Virus record (IMG/VR): IMGVR_UViG_3300030107_006967
Location: 1 to 57,734 of that record
Origin: a virus
Lineage: Duplodnaviria > Caudoviricetes
Reading direction: 5' to 3' (one strand)
DNA: 57,734 nt
Shown here piece after piece: positions 45,285 through 53,405 of this stretch. The notes beneath the pieces are model-generated. The model had not been told where the DNA came from. It saw nothing but the letters and a program-made list of their open reading frames with translations, and made no database searches. Positions within the stretch are counted from its first letter, which is position 1; every line of letters begins with the position of its first letter. The translations under genes were made by a program, and so were the position numbers.

Positions 45285-45717
45285 CTTTTAATACCTCAAT
45301 GTGTACGATATCGAATCTTTCCGATAACAATTTAGACAGAGTGGCTGGATCTTCACTATTTTCTGCTACGAGCTTCTTAACCTCTGCTCTCTTTTTATCG
45401 GAAAGTGTCTTTTTCTTTTCCTTATATTTTTTTTCTATTTTATCAATAATCTGCTGATATTTGTCCAAAGCCTCATCTCGTGAAGCGATCTCCTTCGCGT
45501 GACTACTGTTAAGCGTATCTACCTCTTTTTTATGAGCATCTTCTTCTACGCTAAGGACCTCCTTGATATTGTCAACCTTGCCCTTAAAGTATATCCATAC
45601 AGCGACTGTGTAGATCGCTCCGGCAAATATCTGCCAATACTTTTTTATAAAAGCCCAAATCTTCGCGGACCAGACTTTAGCTACTAACCAAAACTCCATC
45701 ATTTCCCGTGTCTCCAC
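45277..45717 (-). CDS. Membrane-anchored coiled-coil protein (i-spanin-like)
   Basis: N-terminal TM (WQIFAGAIYTVAVWIYF) then a charged coiled coil; directly after the holin-like gene. Confidence 0.55.
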   Translation of the reverse strand: METREMMEFWLVAKVWSAKIWAFIKKYWQIFAGAIYTVAVWIYFKGKVDNIKEVLSVEEDAHKKEVDTLNSSHAKEIASRDEALDKYQQIIDKIEKKYKEKKKTLSDKKRAEVKKLVAENSEDPATLSKLLSERFDIVHIEVLKDD

Positions 45718-45911
45718 TGCGTGGCGATATCAGCCAGTCCCTGAATTCCGATATATGCCAAGGAAATAGCAACCCAATCACTAGAATCTAGCGGAGTTCT
45801 CTCAGAAAGCATAAGCCCTGTGGCTGTAATCCATACCATAAGTTTCCTAGAAACTAATTTTGTCAACAATTTATCTAATGCGTGTCTGACCGCCATCATA
45901 TTATCCTCCAT
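45699..45911 (-). CDS. Holin-like protein
   Basis: 70 aa, two TM segments, SRKL motif, YIG.QG..D. Confidence 0.6.
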   Translation of the reverse strand: MEDNMMAVRHALDKLLTKLVSRKLMVWITATGLMLSERTPLDSSDWVAISLAYIGIQGLADIATQWRHGK

Positions 45912-46095
45912 CCGGTGTCTTAAATTTTAGGTTCTCAGCAGGAGTTGCAGTTATGTTTTCCCAATCTGGATGTAATTCTTGGAATATTTTTACTATCTTG
46001 TCGTTGTCATACCATTTGAGACTAGCTTCAATGTGAAATATATACTTCGTATTATTTAAATAGTACCTTATTACCCAGTAATCTCGGGACTTCAT
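45901..46095 (-). CDS. Hypothetical protein
   Basis: 64 aa with AGGAGG SD. Confidence 0.65.
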   Translation of the reverse strand: MKSRDYWVIRYYLNNTKYIFHIEASLKWYDNDKIVKIFQELHPDWENITATPAENLKFKTPDGG

Positions 46096-46103
46096 TCAGC
46101 CTC

Positions 46104-46262
46104 CTAGCCTAAAAAATCTGTCTTTTCAAAAAAAGCCAATGAAATAAACACACCTGAAAGTATCCAAAGTGCTGTATCCATTGGCTCTAACACTACGAAA
46201 CCAAAACAAAAGAAGATCAGCGCTTTTAGTAAATTAGACTGAAAAAAGCTTTTTGGTTCCAT
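46104..46262 (-). CDS. Unannotated 52-aa two-TM membrane protein
   Basis: MEPKSFFQSNLLKALIFFCFGFVVLEPMDTALWILSGVFISLAFFEKTDFLG; fills the gap, and its TAG overlaps the next gene's SD. Confidence 0.6.
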   Translation of the reverse strand: MEPKSFFQSNLLKALIFFCFGFVVLEPMDTALWILSGVFISLAFFEKTDFLG

Positions 46263-46266
46263 ATTC

Positions 46267-46274
46267 TAAATAGT
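46267..46274 (-). promoter_or_regulatory. ACTATTTA putative late promoter at the early-to-late boundary
   Basis: In the 17-nt gap after SbcDC, at the head of the lysis/head gene block. Confidence 0.6.
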
Positions 46275-46279
46275 ATCAA

Positions 46280-49200
46280 TTATTGGTTTACACAAGCAAA
46301 TCCATTTACTTTATCAATCTCGATTGTCATATCGGCAATATCTTTAAGGTGATCTACGTGTGAGATAAGTAAAACAGTTTGGTAATATGACTTTATCATA
46401 TCCAATATTCGAATAAAGCCCTCCATATTTTCGGCATCTAGGGCTGTTGCTGGCTCATCTAGGATGAAAACTGAGCCTTTTGGCAAGGAAGACACCGAAA
46501 GAAGTGCGAGGCGAATTGCCATGGCAGCAATAGTCTTCTCCGCTCCCGAGCCCATCTCAATTGGTCTTGCTTCATATTTTGGGTGCTTGATATAAACATC
46601 CAACTTGTTGCCCTCGCTCTCGAAAAAAACTTCAAAATCAACTACATTAGCCAACACTTTGCTTATTTCATCATTGATTACGGGCAACTTTTTCTTAATA
46701 ACATCAAGCGAGATACCATTAGTGTGCATACATCGCATAAACAAATCATAAGCAGCAAAATTATCACGCAAAGCTTCCATTTCCGCCTTTTGTGCGATGA
46801 GATTTTCTAATCTCTGCTCTAGAGACCCGCGCTCTTTAATTAAGACAACAATTTCTTTATTGCAATCGCCCAAAACACTCTGCTGACCTTTGAGGTTATT
46901 TTGTTGCTCTACCTTTTGGGAAAGGAGTTGTTCCAAATTTTCAATAGCTTCACGATTTTCTTCATATTCTTCTATTTTCACCTGTAGCTTTTCTATCTCA
47001 AGATTCAAAACGGATACATTACTCTCGTTCTTCTCAATAACAAGCTCATTTTGGTTGATAGTATTATAAATATCATCACGCATTTCTAATACTTCTTCGT
47101 ATTTATCTATTTTCTTGTCTATCAACTTGGGATTTAAACTTTGTATATCCTCATACAGGGTTTCAGACTCTTCACGAAGCTCTCTGATGTTTTTTTCAAT
47201 AACAGTTACATTACCTTGAGCCTTGTAAGCGTCTTTAATAAACTTACAAGACCTGTATTCATTTCCACATGGCACCTCAAGAAGAAGTTTAACTTTATTC
47301 TTGTTTTGAGTTAGTCGATATTCCTGTTGTTCGATAGAATGGTTTGTTGCCTTTAAAAGAACTTGATTATCTTCTATTTCATTCCTATGGCTTCGAAGAG
47401 CTTCAATATCAAAGCTATCCAAAACCTGACTTATTTTCTTGTGATCTATTCTTTTTGACCGATTCTCTTCTTTCAGAAATTTTATTTGTTCAACCAAATT
47501 ACCAACTTCGTTGTTTTTTGTAATTTGTTCCTCTTTTACCTCAACAATATTTATAATCTCTGTGGGTATTGAATCTATTTTCCCGATGATTTCGGAAATA
47601 ATTGTTTCGGTTTTTTCGATTGCAGAAGAGTATTTCCTGCATCTATTCTCTTGTTTTCTCTTTGCGGTAGTGTTTTCTTCAAGCGATTGTTTGACATTTT
47701 CGATGTCGGTATCATATTCTTTACCCTCTAGTAGTTTTAATGCACCCTTCATATCAGAGGCATCTTCTTTGGCTTTCTTAAATTTCTTGTCGAAGATTTC
47801 TAGGTCAAGGAATTTTCCTAGTATTTCTTTGCGTTTAGTTGATCCTTCGTTGATAAAAGATAGGCTATCAACCTGAGAAGCCATCGAAGTAAGTAGGAAG
47901 TCTTCGACTGTTCCGAACATTTTTCTTATGTTTTTGTCAGTTCCGTTTCGGCTATCGCCGTTCAGTTCGTTTTCTTCCTGCATAACGTTGTCGTAGCAAG
48001 AGAAGTTGAGGTCTGTTTTAGCCTCTAAAGTTTCAGTCCCCTTGAGTTTCTTCAAATACTTGTAGGAACTTCTTTCAATGGTATAGTCTCGATCACCGAT
48101 TCTGATCTCAAGCCTACCCTTCCCCTCTTCTTTATTTTGGTTAATAACATTGAGGTTCTTTCTCTCATTCTTGCTTGTGGAGTTGAATAGGGTATAGAGC
48201 AAGGCATCAATGATTGAGGACTTTCCTGAATAGTTCTTCCCGAAAATACCGACAATCCCGTGGAGCCTCTCAAAGTTAACCCTGTTGTTTTCCCCATAGT
48301 TAAAGAGATTGTCCCACTCAAAAGATTTAAGGGACCAGTTAACATTTCTGGATACCTCTTCCTCTTCTTCAGCCATCGTATTGTACTTTCGGTTAAGAGA
48401 AAATACTTTTTCAAGAGTCTCTGGTGTGGCTTCATAGTCCTTGAGATACTCGTCGATGAGTTCTTCTTGGACTTTGGGATCTCGCAGATCTTCAATGTTA
48501 ATGCCGTCAGTCAGGTCTTGAACGGACCCCCGCTCTCCACTAGACCTGTTGAGAAAGGTTACACTCTCAGGCTTAAATCTACCCTTAGCAATGTCTAAGG
48601 CTCTCCGCATAACATCAAGTGGTAGGTTGTTCTGGGATACTAGGCGTAACCGAGCACCATTTGGAACCTCTAGGTTCTTAGGCATCTTGCCCTTTGGCGT
48701 CAACTCAATAGTAACAAAGGGCTTGGGATTGGCGAGTGGGTAGTGTTCGCAGGTAAAATTTTCTTTACCTTTAATGTCCCAAAGTAAAAATCCCTTGTCT
48801 TCGCTCTCACCAAAATTCTGTTGCACCAGAGACCCCGGATACGCTACTTTGCCTTTTTCATCAAGCCGCTGGTATGTCTTGTGGATATCTCCCAACAAAG
48901 CATAGTCAAAAGGGGCGAAATTCTTAATGTCTATATCCCCATGTTCCATAACCCAACCAGTATCAGTTGTGACACCAGCGACAGATCCGTGGAAGAGGGC
49001 AATATTTACCTTACTTTCGTCTGTTGGGTCTATCCATTTGTCCTCATCAATAATAGAAAGGACGTTGAGGACAAAGCCATTGCCCAAGTCTACTTCCTGC
49101 GAGAACTTATGAAAGTGAATATTTTTGTGGTCTAGTGCCTCAACAATAGGAGTTACAGCGTCAATTTTGCCCGGATTGCGAAGGTTTAGGTCGTGGTTCC

Positions 49201-49432
49201 CAAGTATAACGTGTAAAGGCGCTATGTCTGCTAAGTTCTCAAAAAACTTGGCAGTCATATGAAAATATGCAGGACTTAGCTGCAATTTGGTATGTGCTGT
49301 GTCGCCCGTGTTCACAATAATGTCTGGTTTAAGTTCTCGTAGTTTTTCATAGAGATCCTCAAATACAGCCTTGTACTCTTCATGATACCTATGGTTCCTG
49401 ATATGAACGTCTGAAATGTGTGCAATTTTCAT
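46280..49432 (-). CDS. Fused Mre11/SbcD nuclease - Rad50/SbcC ATPase (gp47-gp46 fusion)
   Basis: SDVH, TGD, GNHD, FHG, GDIH, YPGS; then GKNYSGKS, ASQ, coiled coil, GSGAE, FILDEP, ISH in one 1050-aa ORF. Confidence 0.9.
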   Translation of the reverse strand: MKIAHISDVHIRNHRYHEEYKAVFEDLYEKLRELKPDIIVNTGDTAHTKLQLSPAYFHMTAKFFENLADIAPLHVILGNHDLNLRNPGKIDAVTPIVEALDHKNIHFHKFSQEVDLGNGFVLNVLSIIDEDKWIDPTDESKVNIALFHGSVAGVTTDTGWVMEHGDIDIKNFAPFDYALLGDIHKTYQRLDEKGKVAYPGSLVQQNFGESEDKGFLLWDIKGKENFTCEHYPLANPKPFVTIELTPKGKMPKNLEVPNGARLRLVSQNNLPLDVMRRALDIAKGRFKPESVTFLNRSSGERGSVQDLTDGINIEDLRDPKVQEELIDEYLKDYEATPETLEKVFSLNRKYNTMAEEEEEVSRNVNWSLKSFEWDNLFNYGENNRVNFERLHGIVGIFGKNYSGKSSIIDALLYTLFNSTSKNERKNLNVINQNKEEGKGRLEIRIGDRDYTIERSSYKYLKKLKGTETLEAKTDLNFSCYDNVMQEENELNGDSRNGTDKNIRKMFGTVEDFLLTSMASQVDSLSFINEGSTKRKEILGKFLDLEIFDKKFKKAKEDASDMKGALKLLEGKEYDTDIENVKQSLEENTTAKRKQENRCRKYSSAIEKTETIISEIIGKIDSIPTEIINIVEVKEEQITKNNEVGNLVEQIKFLKEENRSKRIDHKKISQVLDSFDIEALRSHRNEIEDNQVLLKATNHSIEQQEYRLTQNKNKVKLLLEVPCGNEYRSCKFIKDAYKAQGNVTVIEKNIRELREESETLYEDIQSLNPKLIDKKIDKYEEVLEMRDDIYNTINQNELVIEKNESNVSVLNLEIEKLQVKIEEYEENREAIENLEQLLSQKVEQQNNLKGQQSVLGDCNKEIVVLIKERGSLEQRLENLIAQKAEMEALRDNFAAYDLFMRCMHTNGISLDVIKKKLPVINDEISKVLANVVDFEVFFESEGNKLDVYIKHPKYEARPIEMGSGAEKTIAAMAIRLALLSVSSLPKGSVFILDEPATALDAENMEGFIRILDMIKSYYQTVLLISHVDHLKDIADMTIEIDKVNGFACVNQ

Positions 49433-49680
49433 TTCGCCTTCCTTACTAATTCTAGCTCTTCATTCCACACGGGCATCGGATGTGATGCCCCTGCTGGTAT
49501 TACCATATAATAATACTTGTTCCAATCGTGATTGGCACCTTGTACTTTTCCCTTTACTTCTGATATCACTCCAAGCATTTGCAGTGAGTTCTTGATCAAC
49601 ACTAGATCTCCGACCTCAAAGGACTTATAACTTCTAACCACTTTATCGGCATCGGATCTGCCTTGTTGTTTGATACCCAT
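49429..49680 (-). CDS. Small SH3/KOW-like hypothetical protein
   Basis: FEVGDLVLIK....LGVI.E...ELELV. Confidence 0.6.
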   Translation of the reverse strand: MGIKQQGRSDADKVVRSYKSFEVGDLVLIKNSLQMLGVISEVKGKVQGANHDWNKYYYMVIPAGASHPMPVWNEELELVRKAK

Positions 49681-49790
49681 GTTACCTCTGCCACTCCTAA
49701 CTCTTCGCTCATGTCCGTAACAATACCCAAAGGCGAATTATTTGGTAAGCCTATGGGCGTTTTATAGTATACTAAATCACCGATCTTCAT
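49602..49790 (-). CDS. Small SH3/KOW-like hypothetical protein (start MKIGDLV at 49790)
   Basis: MKIGDLVYYK...LGIVTD...AEVTW...WLEVIS. Confidence 0.6.
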   Translation of the reverse strand: MKIGDLVYYKTPIGLPNNSPLGIVTDMSEELGVAEVTWVSNNKADPMPIKWLEVISPLRSEI

Positions 49791-49791
49791 A

Positions 49792-49827
49792 ATAAAAAAG
49801 CACCCTTGCATTTTAACAAGGGTGCTT
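49792..49827 (-). terminator. Terminator hairpin overlapping a promoter
   Basis: AAGCACCCTTG/CAAGGGTGCTT 11-bp stem followed by a T-run. Confidence 0.7.
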
Positions 49828-49848
49828 AATAAAGTCAAGAACTTTTTT
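49810..49848 (-). promoter_or_regulatory. Sigma70-type promoter
   Basis: AAAAAAGTTC-TTGACT-17 nt-TAAAAT. Confidence 0.65.
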
Positions 49849-51545
49849 TATTTTTGGAGTTTAGGATAAATGCCTGAGCGCAGATCTACATCTCCAAAAA
49901 GAATAACGCGATTATCTCCAGTAGAAACTCTAACTGAACTTTTAACGCGATTGCCATTTACCCTAGTGGAAACCTTCTGATACTGGTTTACATCTAAGGG
50001 AATAGAAGTGACTCTTGTCTCAGCTAGGGGTGTGACCTCTTCCGTGGTGCATTTACCATCGTAGTTTGTGTCTGCCCACACATAAAGATTTCCGAATCCT
50101 TTGTCTTTTACACTAACTACTCCATCTTTGTTTGTGTCCATAGTAGCTAGATGGGCGAATCCTCCCGAAAACTCTGGTGAGGTTCCAAAGAACTCTGTTC
50201 CGTCGTCGGCAATACCATTAGAGTTTTTATCAACAAAGAGGAATCCATCTCCACTAAGCCAACTAACCGCCGTGGTTCGTTTGCCAAACATAGAAAAGTT
50301 AACCCCATTCTCTACAGATGTGATATCAAAGCGTCCATTATTGTTTAAATCAATAATAATGGGGTCTGACACATTGCAAGGCACAACTTTAAAGATCTTT
50401 ACAGCAGCCAAAGCAAACTCATCTGCAATTCCTACCTGAAGCGCATTACTATAATCGCTTTGTGCCTGTGCAAACATAATCTCATCATCGCTGCTAGTTG
50501 GAACATAGTCATCACAAAGTGGATTCTGTTCCATAGCTTGACTGATAGTGTTCATTGCTTCGTTAAAAACTGGGTCTAGCAAGGACTCATTAGCCTGACA
50601 AACTTCGATAGGGTCTGACATAATTGGATAATCTGCTGAATAACCATTTGTGGCGAGCCAATTATTCATAGAGTTAATAAAATGTTGCCGACCAACTACC
50701 TGTCCTTTTTCCTCAGAACTTTTAACAGGAGAAGGGTTCACGTTACAAAGCTGTTTTGCTTTTAGGTCCACACGCACAAGCACACGAGCTTCCTCCAAAC
50801 CGCTGACAGCACCTTGTTCGAACCAAAAATCTTCTTCGCTAAGATCCGGATCATAACTTTCTCGGTTAGCTTTAAGAGTTCCGTAGAGTTTAGAATATGC
50901 CTCCGAACGGGCTTTGTCTACGAGATATTCGCATGCATAACCAGTCATAACAGCTTGATTATTATAAAACTCTACATAAGGACAATCCGATACCTCTGGT
51001 AGATCACTGCTTTCGTCTAGGATCTGATAACCGTTATCAATCCCAAAGCCTTCCAGTGCCAATGAGACTTGAGCCAAATAAAGTTCCTTGCCGACATCAA
51101 GACCCCCAAAAATATTGTCTCGCAAGATTTCAATTTCAGCAAGATCTTCTGCCGTCAAGTCCTCTAGGCTAACTTCGTCTTCAACCGGATCTACTTCGGT
51201 TGTCTCCTCCTCGATTGGCTGCTCTTCAGCAGGGTCAGCCTCTACGGGATCCGAAGGATCAGACCCCTGTTCGGGGGTCGTCTCCTCGGTTTCCGTTGGA
51301 ACCGTGTTGGTTTCATTGTTTTCATCTACTTCAGTAGGCTCAACTGTCCCAGTGTTTTCTGGGGTGGTTGTGGTCTCGTCCGTAGTAGTTGTGGTGGTGG
51401 TAGTAGTGGTAGTTCCACTATTATCATCAGCACCAATGAAGGTTGTACCTTTAGTGTTTTCAGTTGTCTCGGTTGCTGTTTCAGTTGTATCTTCACAGGC
51501 AATCAAGGCAAATGCCAACATTACTCCAATAATAAAGTTTCTCAT
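49848..51545 (-). CDS. Lipoprotein with Thr/Glu-rich stalk and C-terminal FrpC-like self-processing (Ca-binding) module
   Basis: Lipobox ALIA-C; SD-PIIIDLNNNG, W..GDGFLFVDKNSNGIADDGTEFFG, GFAHLATMDTNKDGVV...D..F..LYVWADTNYDG....E...L. Confidence 0.8.
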   Translation of the reverse strand: MRNFIIGVMLAFALIACEDTTETATETTENTKGTTFIGADDNSGTTTTTTTTTTTDETTTTPENTGTVEPTEVDENNETNTVPTETEETTPEQGSDPSDPVEADPAEEQPIEEETTEVDPVEDEVSLEDLTAEDLAEIEILRDNIFGGLDVGKELYLAQVSLALEGFGIDNGYQILDESSDLPEVSDCPYVEFYNNQAVMTGYACEYLVDKARSEAYSKLYGTLKANRESYDPDLSEEDFWFEQGAVSGLEEARVLVRVDLKAKQLCNVNPSPVKSSEEKGQVVGRQHFINSMNNWLATNGYSADYPIMSDPIEVCQANESLLDPVFNEAMNTISQAMEQNPLCDDYVPTSSDDEIMFAQAQSDYSNALQVGIADEFALAAVKIFKVVPCNVSDPIIIDLNNNGRFDITSVENGVNFSMFGKRTTAVSWLSGDGFLFVDKNSNGIADDGTEFFGTSPEFSGGFAHLATMDTNKDGVVSVKDKGFGNLYVWADTNYDGKCTTEEVTPLAETRVTSIPLDVNQYQKVSTRVNGNRVKSSVRVSTGDNRVILFGDVDLRSGIYPKLQK

Positions 51546-51568
51546 TTATTCTCCTTTGTTAAAATGAT

Positions 51569-51916
51569 TTACTCTTCTTCTTCTTCGTCTTCGTCGTCTT
51601 CTTCCTCTAGCTCTTCGCCTTCCTCGTCAGATTCTTCGGACTCTTCCTCCTCTTCTTCTTCAGCTTCTTCTTCTTCTTCTTCTTCTTCTTCTTCAGCTTC
51701 TTCTTCTTCAGCTTCTTCTTCTTCAGCTTCTTCTTCGGCTTCTTCTTCAGCTTCTTCTTCGGCTTCTTCTTCAGCTTCTTCTTCGGCGGCATCAGATTCC
51801 TCTTCAGCAGCCTCTTCTTCAGCCACTACTGCTTCGGCACAGTCTGCGGCTTCTTCTTCTTCGTGGCATCCAATAATGCTAAACACTAGCATGGATGCAA
51901 TAATCAAGTTTTTCAT
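51569..51916 (-). CDS. Poly-glutamate lipoprotein (true start MKNLII at 51916)
   Basis: AAGGAG SD; lipobox-like SIIG-C; mature part almost entirely E/A/D. Confidence 0.75.
   Translation of the reverse strand: MKNLIIASMLVFSIIGCHEEEEAADCAEAVVAEEEAAEEESDAAEEEAEEEAEEEAEEEAEEEAEEEEAEEEEAEEEEEEEEEEAEEEEEEESEESDEEGEELEEEDDEDEEEEE
51573..51860. repeat. Imperfect GAA/12-bp (GAAGAAGAAGCY) tandem repeats encoding EEEA
   Basis: Runs of TCT/TCTTCTTCAGCT on the plus strand. Confidence 0.85.
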
Positions 51917-51932
51917 AAAATAAATTCTCCTT

Positions 51933-52892
51933 TTAAAAATCAAAACTATTGATAAACTTTTGTAAATATGCGTCTTCCGACGACACACGCCTTGCGGCTT
52001 TTTTCCTCTTCAGGAATTCCTTTTTCGGCATTTCGCCGACATCACTATACGGCAATATATCTATTTTGTATACCTCCGCACCATATTTTATTAAATTTTG
52101 TATAAGAAACGAAGCTTTCTCCTCGGCATCAGAGTCTAGTGCAACATAAACTGGCGTTTCATTCATAATAATACTTTTAAACAACTTTGATTGTTCCTTA
52201 AGCGAAGAACCCAATATGGGTACCGAATTCTTGCCAGCTACTATAGCATCAAATACACCCTCTGTCAAGGTTAAATCTTCGCACCAGTCAATATATAGTT
52301 CATTAAAGATTATCTTACTCTTAGAAGTGCGAGGATTCATATATTTTCTCCAATCATCCCGGTATGTTCTAGCAATAAAGAAGTTGCAGTCACCGCTTTC
52401 ACTAAAAGAGGGAATTATTACTCTTCCTGCATATTCCCCACTAGAACAATACCCTATTTTCCAAAATAAAATGTCTTTATCTGATATATTTCTCTTGTTT
52501 AGGTAGTTTTTGGCTATTTTAGCCTCGATTGAATTGTTTTTGTTAGCCAAAGAAACAAATTCTCTAGGCAAATCTATAACAATCTCTTCTTCTGGCTCAT
52601 TTTGCGGAAATATGCTCTCTAAAATGTTTTCAAAGTCTAAAAGATTTAGTTTTCCTGATAGTTCTTGCCATTTTGACCTTTTTTCATATGAAGCGTACTT
52701 CCTAACCAGACGATATATGCTATTTCCTCTATAATCGCAGATCCAACACTTAAAAACATCCTTATCGATATTAACACTCATCTTTTTCTTGTGATGATTG
52801 CATTTGGGACACGCAAACAGGTGCTCTTGTCCTGTTTTATTGTATCCTCCAAGAAAATCTTTAAGAATTTTTACTTTTTCGTTCTTCGACAA
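51933..52892 (-). CDS. DNA primase (Zn finger + TOPRIM); likely TTG start near 52892
   Basis: CPKC.HH...FKCWIC, YL..R, GRVIIP, FIAR, KYMNP, TEGVFDA, ALDSDA, DVGE. Confidence 0.88.
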   Translation of the reverse strand: MSKNEKVKILKDFLGGYNKTGQEHLFACPKCNHHKKKMSVNIDKDVFKCWICDYRGNSIYRLVRKYASYEKRSKWQELSGKLNLLDFENILESIFPQNEPEEEIVIDLPREFVSLANKNNSIEAKIAKNYLNKRNISDKDILFWKIGYCSSGEYAGRVIIPSFSESGDCNFFIARTYRDDWRKYMNPRTSKSKIIFNELYIDWCEDLTLTEGVFDAIVAGKNSVPILGSSLKEQSKLFKSIIMNETPVYVALDSDAEEKASFLIQNLIKYGAEVYKIDILPYSDVGEMPKKEFLKRKKAARRVSSEDAYLQKFINSFDF

Positions 52893-53400
52893 GTGTGTAT
52901 CCTGCTTTTGCAATAACGATGCTATCGGCAATATCATAATACTTGGGCTTCAAGTTCCCAGATTTTGTGTACTCTACAACAAAACAGGGTTCGTTGTCAA
53001 GTAAAAACTTAACAACTTGTTCTTTTGCCTTAGTCCCCTTCTTGATAGTTATGCCGCAAGCCTTACGAGCAGAGGAGGCTGGGATATGTTCTGGTTTAAT
53101 GCTTAGTTCTCTGTAGCAAAGGTAAGTTATGACTCCGTTAAACGAGGATAGGGTTGATAATGTCTTGGCTGATGAAAAGCCAGAGCGGAACATCTGGAGG
53201 CTTTGCTCAATAAAAATATGTTCTATCTTGTATTCTCGCTGAATATCAAGCAGTTCTCCTTGGATGTGGTTGTATTTTGAATAGATGTCTGGGAATTTGT
53301 TCTTGTTTCTTAGATCTACTGCGAATGTCTTTGCTATTTCGCCCTGATCTATAATGGTGAAACCAACAATGCTTGTTGAAATGTCTAAACCTAAAATCAT
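52861..53400 (-). CDS. RuvC-like Holliday junction resolvase
   Basis: ILGLDIST..VG, IFIE, ARK..G, AKEQV, DIADS. Confidence 0.8.
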   Translation of the reverse strand: MILGLDISTSIVGFTIIDQGEIAKTFAVDLRNKNKFPDIYSKYNHIQGELLDIQREYKIEHIFIEQSLQMFRSGFSSAKTLSTLSSFNGVITYLCYRELSIKPEHIPASSARKACGITIKKGTKAKEQVVKFLLDNEPCFVVEYTKSGNLKPKYYDIADSIVIAKAGYTLVEERKSKNS

Positions 53401-53405
53401 AGATA

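Noticed and set aside
51607-51792. Poly-Lys ORF MPPKKKLKKK...
   Set aside because: Alternative frame of the GAA repeat; the Glu frame has the SD and the signal peptide
51573-51860. Possible CRISPR array or other spaced repeat
   Set aside because: Simple coding tandem repeat without unique spacers; I saw no CRISPR-like array in the window
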